Shown in pieces: positions 9,590 through 19,428 of a stretch of 64,000 bases of DNA. This stretch comes from Flavobacteriales bacterium. GTDB lineage: Bacteria; Bacteroidota; Bacteroidia; Palsa-965. Where the stretch lies: the NCBI GenBank assembly GCA_040377305.1, contig JBEIPA010000001.1:1-64000 (forward strand), in the 5' to 3' direction. Position 1 is the first letter of the stretch, and each line of letters starts with the position of its first letter. The notes beneath the pieces were generated by a model. The model did no database searches. It was not told the DNA's origin and saw only the letters and a list, made by a program, of their open reading frames with translations. Position numbers and translations under genes: made by a program.

Positions 9590-10287
9590 TTGCTATCTAT
9601 AAACTTCTGAATACTGTACTCCTCCACCAAATTTTGAAACTGGTAGGGCAAGGCGTTTTTCTCTAACTTATAATCGCATTCATCCCATGCTTCATGAAAT
9701 GAATTAAAATTTTTGTTAGCCGAATATATTACCACCTTTTTGTCAGCGTAACGTTGCTTTAACATCAGAGCCAAATCCAGCCCTTCGTATTCAAGACTTA
9801 ATAACTTCCCTACGCCATTAATGTCTACAAAAAACACATCAGTACGTTTGACTAGTTCAATGTCTAGAGACTTGATATCTGGAATAGTCTTAGTATGCTT
9901 CCAACCAGTATCCCTCAGGATTTTTACAACGTTAAACTTACGATCATCATCTATAAATAAAATATGATATCTCAACTTCATCATATCTAAAACAGAGTCT
10001 CTATGTTTTACGGTAACGTCCTCTGCTGTTGAGATGTCGGATTGAACTGATGCTTCAGCTTTTATTTTGTCGGGTGCAACCCCGTTCTGTGATTCCGTAG
10101 GCTTGTTAGTTTCCTCTTCCCGGTTCGCTTTATGAAATGCAAATATCAACAACTCTGCAAGTGAAATTAACAAAACAAGAATTGGCTCCCACTCCCAACG
10201 GGAATCAATCGCCCAAGCAATTCCAACTATTAGTCCTACAAGTGAAATAAGAAAGGCAGCAGTACTGGTGAGCGCATCTTTAATCAT
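9586..10287 (-). CDS. Membrane-anchored (2TM) response-regulator receiver protein without output domain
   Basis: Two N-terminal hydrophobic helices; receiver motifs ILFIDDD, VFFVD, EGLDLA, VVIYSA and LEK. 4-bp ATGA overlap with the kinase gene. Confidence 0.75.
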   Translation of the reverse strand: MIKDALTSTAAFLISLVGLIVGIAWAIDSRWEWEPILVLLISLAELLIFAFHKANREEETNKPTESQNGVAPDKIKAEASVQSDISTAEDVTVKHRDSVLDMMKLRYHILFIDDDRKFNVVKILRDTGWKHTKTIPDIKSLDIELVKRTDVFFVDINGVGKLLSLEYEGLDLALMLKQRYADKKVVIYSANKNFNSFHEAWDECDYKLEKNALPYQFQNLVEEYSIQKFIDSK

Positions 10288-10354
10288 GGTATTAAATATG
10301 CGATTTATTCATACTACATCCAATAAGAGCGAAGAATAAAAAACTAATTGATAC

Positions 10355-12127
10355 TTAAGCAAATAAACTGCTTATTTGTTTTTCGTAATTCGTGCAAATT
10401 ACCTTCCGTTTGAGGCTCATCTTAGGTGTAAGCTCTCCGGTGTCAACTGAGAAAGCGCGGTCGATGAGCACAATTTTCTTGATCTGTTCGTACGGCGCCA
10501 GACCCTTATTGGCCACTTCCACATCCTGCATGATACGTTTTAATAAAATCGGGTTGGAAGCAATCTCGGCATTCGTAGTCCCAATCGTATGCCCTTTACG
10601 CGCCGCCCAATCTTTGCAGAACTGGAACGCCGGAACAACGATGGCTGCCGCATATTTTTCGCCTTCACCAACAATCATGGCCTGCTCCACAAACCGCGAT
10701 TGAGTAATCATGTTCTCGATACGCTGAGGAGCAATGTATTTACCTTGTGAAGTCTTGAAAATTTCTTTCTTGCGGTCAGTGATCTTGAGATACTTTCCGT
10801 TAATCAGCTCACCAATGTCGCCGGTATGAAAAAATCCGTCGGCATCCATCACTTCTGCAGTTGCATCAGGACGATTCCAGTAGCCTTTCATCACGTTCGG
10901 ACCTCTGAAAAGAATTTCGCCATCAGGCCCAAACTTCACTTCTCCATTGCGAACAACCGGACCAACAGTACCGAAGTACATACAACCTGGATCCAATGTA
11001 TTCACTGCAATTACAGGAGAAGTCTCCGTCAATCCGTATCCCTCGAGTACTGGAATTCCAGCTGCCCAGAAAATTTTCGCAAGACGAACATTCAACGCTG
11101 CACCACCGGAAACCATTGCACGCACGTTTCCACCAAGCGCTTCACGCCACTTTTTAAATATGAGTGCCGATGCAATACTCAAACGGAAATTGTACCACCA
11201 GGAACGCTTCTCGGGAATATCATACTGCTCACCAAGCTCCACCGCCCAGAAGAACAGCTTACGCTTTATGCCTTTCAGTTCTTCGCCTTTCGCCATAATG
11301 CGGTCGAATACTTTTTCTACGAGTCGCGGAACACACGTAAACATGTGCGGTTGCAGCTCGCGAATATTGTCACCTACTTTTTCAATACTCTCCGCATAAT
11401 AAATCGAAGGTCCGCGGAAGAGATAGAGATAACTCAGCATGCGTTCGTAAATGTGATTGAGCGGAAGAAAGCTCAGCGCACGTGATGTATGATCAACCGG
11501 AGGAAGTTCGCACAAGGTCATGAAATTCTGTACAAGGTTCGAGTGCGTAAGCATTACCCCCTTCGGTGTTCCTGTGGTTCCGGAAGTATAGAGAAGAGTA
11601 AGAAGCGAATCCGGATCGGTGTTCTTCTTCACATCGTCAATCGTAGCTGTCTGGGGATTCTTTTTCCCGTCTTCTACGAGCGCAGACATCTGTTTGTATC
11701 CATCAGCCGCATCAAACGTGAATATATTAATTGTTACACCCGCTTGTTGTGCTCCGAGTGCAACTTTGTCTGCCAGTGCTTTCGTATCAGTAAAAAAAGC
11801 AACGAGACCTGCATCTTTGATCACGAAGGCAAGATCCTGTTCCGACAAATTCGGATAAACAGGAACCGACACAGCTCCGCACAATTGAATTGCGAAGTCA
11901 GCGAAATTCCATTCCGGACGATTGGCTGACATGATACCCACACGATCACTTTTCTTCACGCCAATGTTGATCAATCCCGAAGAAAGATGATTCATGATCG
12001 AAATGGTCTCATCTGTTGACCAGGTCTTCCACTTGCCATCTACTTTGGCGCCATACATATCGGGTTTGTTACCGAATGAGGTCCGGTAAAAGTCGAGCAA
12101 ATCAAAACAGCGTGTGATCGGGGCCAT
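10355..12127 (-). CDS. fadD: Long-chain fatty-acid--CoA ligase
   Basis: YTSGTTGTPKG, EGYGLTETSP, FHTGDIG, ITDRKKE and ELTPKMSLKR motifs. Confidence 0.95.
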   Translation of the reverse strand: MAPITRCFDLLDFYRTSFGNKPDMYGAKVDGKWKTWSTDETISIMNHLSSGLINIGVKKSDRVGIMSANRPEWNFADFAIQLCGAVSVPVYPNLSEQDLAFVIKDAGLVAFFTDTKALADKVALGAQQAGVTINIFTFDAADGYKQMSALVEDGKKNPQTATIDDVKKNTDPDSLLTLLYTSGTTGTPKGVMLTHSNLVQNFMTLCELPPVDHTSRALSFLPLNHIYERMLSYLYLFRGPSIYYAESIEKVGDNIRELQPHMFTCVPRLVEKVFDRIMAKGEELKGIKRKLFFWAVELGEQYDIPEKRSWWYNFRLSIASALIFKKWREALGGNVRAMVSGGAALNVRLAKIFWAAGIPVLEGYGLTETSPVIAVNTLDPGCMYFGTVGPVVRNGEVKFGPDGEILFRGPNVMKGYWNRPDATAEVMDADGFFHTGDIGELINGKYLKITDRKKEIFKTSQGKYIAPQRIENMITQSRFVEQAMIVGEGEKYAAAIVVPAFQFCKDWAARKGHTIGTTNAEIASNPILLKRIMQDVEVANKGLAPYEQIKKIVLIDRAFSVDTGELTPKMSLKRKVICTNYEKQISSLFA

Positions 12128-12294
12128 AAGCGAATTTTATAGTGTTAAATATACGGCTTTAGGAAACGTAGGTTTCGCTTTTCTACGCTGAGCATAATAA
12201 AAAACTCTGCGGAATATCCCAACCATGCTACCGATTGGCGAACGATTTTCAATTTTCAATTCTGAGAGTCAACCAGGAATGAAATATTGAAAAT

Positions 12295-13035
12295 TTAGTA
12301 GCTCACGAAATACCATTCGAGGCCCACAACTAACTTGGGCATATCCGGCCACGGAGTTAACGCATCGGGATCCAGAATCAGATCGGTCATGCGATACATG
12401 CCGTAGAACGAACCCCATTCCCAGCCGAAACGCGCCGTGAGTCCGTAGTTGAGTTGATTGATATAAGGAAGCTTATTGGCGCGTGTTTTGGATTTCACGT
12501 GGTCGCCTGCGATAGAATTAGAATCGTAGTACTCGTAAACCGTTAGATGCGACGAGCGAAAAACATAATCCCCGTAAAAACCGAAGTCCAGATAAATTCC
12601 CTGAATATTTGCCCGACGACCGAAATTAATTCTATCACAAAGTGCGAACGAAACATTGTGCGACGACAACCGTGAACGTTTTGATGCGCCACCAAAGAAT
12701 GGAATTGTATGATCAACATTTTCCTTAATAGAAAAACGATCGCAGCGATAGCCGAAGTCGAGCACGAGCGCATTCCACTTACAGATTTTCGCTTTTGTTC
12801 GCAGCTCGAAACTCATTGAAGTGCTCCACGGATTGAGATACATTCCCTGATCATAAACGGGAACAAAACCACCAATCTTCATGAGCGGGTAAAAAAAGAT
12901 TGCACGATTCGGACCGAAGCTTGGAATTTCTCCGCTCGTGTCGGGAGATTCCTGCACCAACAGTCTTTGCGCCGACAGCTGTGCTGAGAACGCAAGGCAA
13001 AACAACAGTACTATTTTACAAATCAATTTCTGCAT
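12295..13035 (-). CDS. Small outer-membrane beta-barrel protein (PorT-like)
   Basis: Signal peptide (MQKLICK..SAQ), alternating aromatic strands, aromatic C-terminus. Overlaps the S8 gene by 20 bp. Confidence 0.55.
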   Translation of the reverse strand: MQKLICKIVLLFCLAFSAQLSAQRLLVQESPDTSGEIPSFGPNRAIFFYPLMKIGGFVPVYDQGMYLNPWSTSMSFELRTKAKICKWNALVLDFGYRCDRFSIKENVDHTIPFFGGASKRSRLSSHNVSFALCDRINFGRRANIQGIYLDFGFYGDYVFRSSHLTVYEYYDSNSIAGDHVKSKTRANKLPYINQLNYGLTARFGWEWGSFYGMYRMTDLILDPDALTPWPDMPKLVVGLEWYFVSY

Positions 13036-14608
13036 AATAGTTTTTGTACCACGCGCACAACTTGTATCCACGATACTCTGGTAATCCCACTCCGCCATGA
13101 AGTTCCAACCTGCGTTGATTCACATCCATTACCCAATATGAAATGATTCTGCCGGTTGAATCCTGAACATGGTAAAACAATAATCTGTCTTCAATGCGTT
13201 CACAAAGTGTATCAGCGCCCGGTTCAACGGTTAACAGAATCATTGTATCCTGTTTCGTAAGCGAGAATGATTTCGCCGGAGAATAATTTTCGCGATAGAA
13301 ATATCCAGCCATCGGAACACCATAACCGTGTGCATAATCATAATACGGATACAGGTGCGCACAACGATGCATCGTATCAATCGTTCCCATTGCAGTGATC
13401 TCCGGATACTTTTGCATGAGACACGCTGCAAATCCTACTACAAGCGGTGCAGCAAAAGATGTTCCATCGCTATACGCATATACATCACCTTTCTTCTCTC
13501 GTGCAGCGACGAGTACTTCTGCCGGTGCACAGATATCCGGTTTGCGACGAAAATCAGGTGGCGGACCAATAGCACTGTAATCTGCAACCCATCCTGAATC
13601 GCCCATTGCCGTTACAGATAACACACTGTCTGTTTCCGCAGGAGGAAGCAACTGCCGCTCTCCCCAATGCTGACCGTTATTCCCTGCTGCGGCAACTACG
13701 AGAATTCCTTTTCGTGCAGCCATTTTACATGCGAATGAAATCACAGACGTATTTCCATCCATGTCTTCCGGGAAATAGGCATTCTCATTCGGGCCACCCG
13801 AAATATTGATGATGTGTGCACCTTTCTGATCAGCCCATTCTACTCCGGCGATGTAATGCTCTTCTGCACGATACTGGTTTCCGTATTCCTTCGCGATCAG
13901 GCCAAGAAGAAAATTTGCACCAGGTGCCATTCCTAACGACTGCGTTTTATCGTTACCCGCAATACAAGACAATACACTTGTACCGTGATCGGTTTTGCGT
14001 TTGTAAACACTCGAGTCTTTCGAGATGAAATTCTTCGTCCCCTTGATTTGTCCGTTGTAGCGCAATGAAGAAAACGCTTCATGAGAATCGGTGCCCCAAA
14101 ATCCTGCGTCGAGAATACAAATGTTGATTCCCAATCCGGTTACGTTGTGCTTTGCAAATTGTTCGCCTTGCATTCCACGCACCTGCCACGAAATTCCGTC
14201 AACCGGTTCGTGATTAGGTTCTCCTTCTGCAGGTAATGAGCTGCACACCCAATCGAATCCGCCTTGCTGCAAAACCTTGCTTACAAATGAAAAAGTTCTG
14301 ATCTGTAAAATCTGTTCGTCTGTCGCAACTACGCTCACTGCATTCATCCACCGGCTTGCGTATCCGAGTGTATCAACAGCATTTTCTACCTGGGTGAGAT
14401 AATTTGGACTTACCGGATAATCGCTGTAATCATTGAGTGCCACATTGTTTTTTTGGCGACGCTCAATCGCGGCAGGATCAAAGAAAGTATACGGATCGAA
14501 TGTAGAACCTTGCTTGTCGGCAAAAAATACCCAATACACTTTCTGCTGCTGAGCAAAAGAATTGAACGCTGAAAAAAGCAGAAGAATAAGAAGTGAAATC
14601 CGGGTCAT
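13016..14608 (-). CDS. S8 (subtilisin-like) serine peptidase
   Basis: Signal peptide; triad ILDAGF / TDHGT / GTSFAAP; AAGNNG oxyanion motif. Confidence 0.9.
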   Translation of the reverse strand: MTRISLLILLLFSAFNSFAQQQKVYWVFFADKQGSTFDPYTFFDPAAIERRQKNNVALNDYSDYPVSPNYLTQVENAVDTLGYASRWMNAVSVVATDEQILQIRTFSFVSKVLQQGGFDWVCSSLPAEGEPNHEPVDGISWQVRGMQGEQFAKHNVTGLGINICILDAGFWGTDSHEAFSSLRYNGQIKGTKNFISKDSSVYKRKTDHGTSVLSCIAGNDKTQSLGMAPGANFLLGLIAKEYGNQYRAEEHYIAGVEWADQKGAHIINISGGPNENAYFPEDMDGNTSVISFACKMAARKGILVVAAAGNNGQHWGERQLLPPAETDSVLSVTAMGDSGWVADYSAIGPPPDFRRKPDICAPAEVLVAAREKKGDVYAYSDGTSFAAPLVVGFAACLMQKYPEITAMGTIDTMHRCAHLYPYYDYAHGYGVPMAGYFYRENYSPAKSFSLTKQDTMILLTVEPGADTLCERIEDRLLFYHVQDSTGRIISYWVMDVNQRRLELHGGVGLPEYRGYKLCAWYKNYYAEIDL

Positions 14609-14754
14609 ATAGGCGTTGCAAGATACAGAATCGTAGCGGAAATAAGGCTGATTGTCAGATGGCAGTCAAACTTGGCTTCTCCAATGAAAATATGCGCCTT
14701 TGACAGCCTACTGCCTACTGAACCACTGCCTACTTTTAGTAGATTCGTAACCCT

Positions 14755-15774
14755 ATGAATATCGACCTCCGCTCTGATACAGTTACCCGTCCTTCCAAAG
14801 AAATGCTCGATGCAATGTTTGCTGCGCAAGTGGGCGATGATGTTTTCGGTGAAGATCCGACCATCAACGAACTCGAAGCGCGTGCAGCAAAAATGTTTGG
14901 CAAAGAAGCTGGCGTTTTCTGCCCTTCCGGTACGATGACTAATCAGATTGCGATCAACGTTTCGACTAAACCTGGCGATGAGCTCATCTGCGATTTCACT
15001 TCCCACATTTATCAATACGAAGGTGGTGGTATGGCACGTAACTCCGGTGTGCAAGCCAAGCTTTTGAATGGCGATCGCGGACGCATAACGGGTCAGCAGG
15101 TTCAGGAAAGCATCAACCAGTTTCTCGACTGGCTCACACGCACAAAACTCGTGAGCATTGAGAACACGGTGAACAAAGCAGGTGGGAGTTATTATCACCT
15201 CGACCAGATGCAGGAACTAAGCAAAGTGTGTCGCCAGCACGGATTGTTGTTACACTTAGACGGGGCACGAATTTTCAATGCCATTGTTGAAGCCGGTTAT
15301 ACCGCTCCGCAAATCGGACCGCTGTTCGACTCGATTTCTGTTTGCCTTTCGAAAGGATTGGGTGCACCAGCAGGTTCTGTTCTTCTCGGCACAAAAGAAT
15401 TCATCAAAGAAGCTCGTCGTGCGCGTAAAGTTTTCGGTGGAGGAATGCGTCAGGCAGGATATATTGCTGCAGCAGGAATTTATGCACTTGACAATAACAT
15501 TGAACGCCTCAAAGAAGATCACAAACGTGCTGCTTATCTCGGAAAAGCAGTGAAAGCGCTTCCCTACGTAAAAGAAGTTTTACCTGTGGAAACGAACATC
15601 ATCATCTTCACGCTCCACGATGCAATTCCACTCGACTATTTCATGCAGCAGCTTTCAGACAACGGAGTCAAAGCTGCAATTTTCGGAAAGCAAACGGTGC
15701 GTTTTGTTACGCATTTGGATGTGGACGATAAGATGATTGAAAAGGCAATTGATGTTCTGAAGAAAGTACAGTAA
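14755..15774 (+). CDS. ltaE: Low-specificity L-threonine aldolase
   Basis: [28 protein letters not shown] and CLSKGLGAP (PLP lysine) motifs. Confidence 0.95.
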   Translation: MNIDLRSDTVTRPSKEMLDAMFAAQVGDDVFGEDPTINELEARAAKMFGKEAGVFCPSGTMTNQIAINVSTKPGDELICDFTSHIYQYEGGGMARNSGVQAKLLNGDRGRITGQQVQESINQFLDWLTRTKLVSIENTVNKAGGSYYHLDQMQELSKVCRQHGLLLHLDGARIFNAIVEAGYTAPQIGPLFDSISVCLSKGLGAPAGSVLLGTKEFIKEARRARKVFGGGMRQAGYIAAAGIYALDNNIERLKEDHKRAAYLGKAVKALPYVKEVLPVETNIIIFTLHDAIPLDYFMQQLSDNGVKAAIFGKQTVRFVTHLDVDDKMIEKAIDVLKKVQ

Positions 15775-15777
15775 ATC

Positions 15778-15929
15778 GGCATTAGGGCAATAAGGCATTG
15801 GGGCATTTGGTCTACCATGCGAACAATAACTATCGGGCACTTTCTGCAACAAAAAAGGGATCGGTTTCCCAAATCCCTTATTGCCTTATTGCCCGAGTAC
15901 CCTAATGCCTCAATGCCCGAGCACCCTAA
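15778..15929. repeat. Inverted pair of 8-bp microrepeat arrays bracketing the purE terminator
   Basis: ggcattag ggcaataa ggcattgg ggcatttg (15778-15809) versus cccttatt gccttatt gcccgagt accctaat gcctcaat gcccgagc accctaa (15875-15929). Confidence 0.75.
15851..15879 (-). terminator. Rho-independent terminator after purE
   Basis: aaaaaagggat..atccctt hairpin, giving a U-tract on the minus strand. Confidence 0.55.
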
Positions 15930-16435
15930 ACGCGGAACTTGAACGTATGCGACTTCAATTCCTCGTTCGCTTTCAGAATTTTCTTCTTGAGATCTTCTTT
16001 GAACTTACCGATGCGTGCATTCAGTTCGGTGTCACCGGTAGCCAGCATCTGCACAGCAAGAATGCCCGCATTTTGTCCGCCATCAACTCCTACAGTTGCA
16101 ACAGGAATTCCCGGAGGCATCTGCACGATTGACAACAACGAATCCCAACCATCAAGTGAAATATTCGAACGGCATGGAACTCCAATCACAGGACAAGTAG
16201 TTAACGCAGCGCAAACACCCGGTAGGTGAGCGGCACCACCAGCACCTGCAATGATCACGCGAATACCACGTCCGTGTGCATTCTTCGCAAACTCAACTAC
16301 CTGTTCAGGAACACGGTGCGCTGAGAGTGCGTTTATTTCAAACGGAATTTCAAATTGATCCAGAATCTTAGCAGCTTCCTGCATAACAGGCATGTCAGAA
16401 GTACTGCCCATAATGATGCTCACTTTTGGTTGCAT
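15926..16435 (-). CDS. purE: 5-(carboxyamino)imidazole ribonucleotide mutase
   Basis: IIMGSTSD, SAHRVP, AGAGGAAHLPG and SIVQMPPGIPVATV motifs. Confidence 0.97.
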   Translation of the reverse strand: MQPKVSIIMGSTSDMPVMQEAAKILDQFEIPFEINALSAHRVPEQVVEFAKNAHGRGIRVIIAGAGGAAHLPGVCAALTTCPVIGVPCRSNISLDGWDSLLSIVQMPPGIPVATVGVDGGQNAGILAVQMLATGDTELNARIGKFKEDLKKKILKANEELKSHTFKFRV

Positions 16436-16604
16436 AGTGTGTGATTTTTAGTGGTGCAAATGTAAATGATAAAGTGCTGAAAAACGGGCCAAAAAATCAA
16501 CGGATTATTAACTGCGATTCAACAGTTTGGACTAATTTGTCGGCAGTTGGCAGATTTTCTTGTGTGAAATTTCCCCTTCATTTGCATCTGACTGTTAAAC
16601 ACTG

Positions 16605-17747
16605 ATGAACAAGCGCTTTCTCTTCTATTTCTCTTTGCTGATTCTGGTGGCAACCGAAGCCTACAGAATGTACCTGCTCAGTCCCATTCCGGGAAGTCAG
16701 CACAGCGAAATGGTGCACATTTCCTTCTTCCTTTGGAACTACCGCTGGTTCATTCGGATTGTATTGCTGATTGGAATTCTTTTCGGATTACGCCCAGCTT
16801 TTGAAAGACGTAAATGGATTCCTGTGCTCACACTGCTATTTGCGGGAGCTGTTTTCTACATTGTCAATTTCAAAATGTCTGCGGACCACATGTTTCATGA
16901 GCCTGAAAAATTGGAGTTTTCAGGAATCGACAGCAGCGGACTCACTAGCGACGCGCTCCTGCTCAGCATTTCGATCGCAGGAGAAACCCACGCATATCCG
17001 ATTCGCTATCTCGCGTATCACCACAAAATTCACGACGTAATCGGCGGACAAAACGTGATGATCTCTTACTGCAATGTTTGCCGCAGTGCCCTGGCATTCG
17101 ATCCAACTATTGACGGTGTTTGCGAAACGTTTCGTCTGGTAGGAATGGATCAGTTCAACGCAATGATTGAAGACAACGCAACCGGTAGCTGGTGGCAGCA
17201 AGCAACTGGTGAATGCATTGCCGGTGAAAGAAAAGGTCAGCAGCTTTTTATTATCGAAGCACAGCAAATGTCGTTCGGAGAATGGATCCGTATGTACCCG
17301 AACGGAAAAATCATGCAGCCGGATTTGGCGCACGTTGCTGACTACAGCGACGATAAATTTGAAAAAGGCACGAGCACCAGCACGCTTGTTGGCACTGACA
17401 CAACTTCGTGGAGAGAAAAATCGTGGGTGATTGGCGTCGAACGAAACGGACACTACCGTGCTTATGATTGGAGAACGCTGATAAGGCAGCGAATTATCAA
17501 TGATACTTTGGCTGGAGAAAATGTTGTGATTACAATCGACGCCGACAACATCAACTACGAAGTTGCAGTCTTCACAGAGGAATCGCCAACCAAAATTGAC
17601 GGAACTGATACGCTTGAAAACATCGGTTATCATCCCGGAACAATCGTAATTCCAATTCCCTCACGCCAAATGTTCTGGCACACGTGGAGAACGTTTTATC
17701 CGCAGACGACGAGATATGGGTTTCGTGATTCAGTGTCCGGCGGCTAA
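16605..17747 (+). CDS. DUF3179 family membrane-anchored protein
   Basis: N-terminal TM helices; HAYPIRYLAYH, SYCNVCRS (CxxC), TGSWWQQATG and FWHTWRTFYP motifs. Confidence 0.75.
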   Translation: MNKRFLFYFSLLILVATEAYRMYLLSPIPGSQHSEMVHISFFLWNYRWFIRIVLLIGILFGLRPAFERRKWIPVLTLLFAGAVFYIVNFKMSADHMFHEPEKLEFSGIDSSGLTSDALLLSISIAGETHAYPIRYLAYHHKIHDVIGGQNVMISYCNVCRSALAFDPTIDGVCETFRLVGMDQFNAMIEDNATGSWWQQATGECIAGERKGQQLFIIEAQQMSFGEWIRMYPNGKIMQPDLAHVADYSDDKFEKGTSTSTLVGTDTTSWREKSWVIGVERNGHYRAYDWRTLIRQRIINDTLAGENVVITIDADNINYEVAVFTEESPTKIDGTDTLENIGYHPGTIVIPIPSRQMFWHTWRTFYPQTTRYGFRDSVSGG

Positions 17748-17873
17748 AGCCGCACGGTTATCACTTTATTTTATCGTCTTGGGTGGTGTGGGGTAAAATT
17801 GGCAAGCCAATTTTACCCCACACCCTTGTACTAAAGTAGAATAAAGTGATAACCTCGGGCTTCAGACCGTGGA
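17736..17873. repeat. ~140 bp nested palindromic REP-like element, family B (copy 1)
   Basis: Outer IR ggctaaagccgcacggttatcactttatt / aataaagtgataacc..ggcttcagacc; inner perfect 19-bp IR at 17785-17824. Confidence 0.8.
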
Positions 17874-17892
17874 TGTATCGTAAATTTGCAGG

Positions 17893-18528
17893 ATGAAAGT
17901 AGAAATCTGGAGCGACGTAATGTGCCCTTTCTGTTACATCGGAAAGAAACGATTTGAAGATGCATTGAAACAATTTCCCAATGCAAATGAAGTAAGTGTC
18001 GAATGGAAATCGTTTCAGCTGAATCCGAATCTCAAAACAGATACGAGCAAGACGCTCAATCAGTTTCTCGCTGAGCACAAGGGAATTTCGGTTGAGAAAG
18101 CTGCCGAGATGAATGCGTACGTTTCGAATATGGCGAAGGAAGCCGGACTCGAGTATCACCTCGAAAATGCAATTCCTGCGAACTCCTTTGACGCACATCG
18201 CATTTCTCATCTCGCGAAAAAATCGGGCGTACAGAATGAGCTCGAAGAACTATTGTTCGCAGCATATTTCACCGATGGAAAAAATACGGCCGATCACAAT
18301 GTGTTGCGCGAACTTGCCCTTAAAGCAGGTTGTACCGAAAGTGAAATCAACGCCGTTCTTACTTCAGATCAGTACTCATCCGAGGTTCACCGCGATGTGG
18401 AAGAAGCGAATGAAATTGGTGTACGCGGCGTCCCGTTTTTTGTATTCGACAGAAAGTACGCTGTATCAGGAGCGCAACCCATTGAAGCATTTTTACAAAC
18501 GCTTCAATCTGCGCGCGCTGAGGTATGA
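17893..18528 (+). CDS. DsbA-family (FrnE-like) thiol oxidoreductase
   Basis: WSDVMCPFCYIGK, GVRGVPFF and VSGAQP motifs; taaatttg -7 box at 17881. Confidence 0.9.
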   Translation: MKVEIWSDVMCPFCYIGKKRFEDALKQFPNANEVSVEWKSFQLNPNLKTDTSKTLNQFLAEHKGISVEKAAEMNAYVSNMAKEAGLEYHLENAIPANSFDAHRISHLAKKSGVQNELEELLFAAYFTDGKNTADHNVLRELALKAGCTESEINAVLTSDQYSSEVHRDVEEANEIGVRGVPFFVFDRKYAVSGAQPIEAFLQTLQSARAEV

Positions 18529-18618
18529 TTTTGCGGAATCTGCAACCCTAAAATAAGTTTTCATTAATTCTGCCCCACCGTGCGCCGGAATGCGATTTCG
18601 GGCTAATTTTAAGGCTCT

Positions 18619-19428
18619 ATGAAGCACGTTTTCATTGCGGCACTCTTAAGTCTTTCAATCGCAGTTTCAGCCACCGACAATCCACCTTTGGGTGCACGAA
18701 GTCAAGGCATGGCAGGCTGCGGAACTGCATTGCACAACGATGTGTGGGGCGTGCAGAATAACCAGGCATCCTTAGCCGATCTCGAAGCAATTACGGCTGG
18801 AGTTTTTTATGAATCGCGGTTCATGATGAGTGAATTGGGAATGAAAGCTTTCGCGGCCGGTATGCCCATGAAATTCGGCACATTCGGACTCAATGTAAAT
18901 TCATTCGGCTACTCCCAATACAGTGAAATGAAAGCGGGAATTGCTTACGCGCAAAAACTCGGCGAACGTTTCAGCATGGGTGTGCAGCTTAACTATTTCA
19001 ACACACGCATTGGTGAAAACTACGGCTCGTCTTCTACTGTTGGCGGAGAAATCGGAATTCTCGCAGAGCCTGTGAAGAATCTCACCGTAGGATTACACCT
19101 GTTCAATCCCACCCGCGCAAAACTCTCCGGAAATCTGACTGAGCGGATTCCGACCATCATGCGTTTTGGATTATCGTACAAATTTTCTGATCAGGTTTTC
19201 ATTATCACTGAAGCAGAAAAAGACGTTGACTACAAAACAACTTTCCGTGGAGGAATTGAGTATCGTCCGTTGCCGGCATTCTACATTCGCGCAGGTGCAG
19301 CATCAAATCCGGGATTGGTTTCCATGGGCTTCGGTGTTGATCTCAAGAAATTCCGCCTCGATGTTGCGTCAAGTTTCCATTCCCAACTGGGCTTCTCGCC
19401 TTCTGTCGGACTTCAATACGGATTGTAA
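18619..19428 (+). CDS. PorV/PorQ (FadL-like) outer-membrane beta-barrel
   Basis: Signal peptide, GARSQGMAG..NNQASL N-terminal motif, amphipathic strands. Confidence 0.6.
   Translation: MKHVFIAALLSLSIAVSATDNPPLGARSQGMAGCGTALHNDVWGVQNNQASLADLEAITAGVFYESRFMMSELGMKAFAAGMPMKFGTFGLNVNSFGYSQYSEMKAGIAYAQKLGERFSMGVQLNYFNTRIGENYGSSSTVGGEIGILAEPVKNLTVGLHLFNPTRAKLSGNLTERIPTIMRFGLSYKFSDQVFIITEAEKDVDYKTTFRGGIEYRPLPAFYIRAGAASNPGLVSMGFGVDLKKFRLDVASSFHSQLGFSPSVGLQYGL

Noticed and set aside
8486-10354. Target-site duplication or terminal repeats around the AT-rich kinase cassette
   Set aside because: I could not find direct or inverted repeats at its flanks, so no insertion mechanism is claimed.
14605-15198. 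Long antisense ORFs (also 3119-3712, 10826-11485, 16920-17633, 20175-20756, 24201-24785)
   Set aside because: Shadow frames of real genes on the opposite strand.
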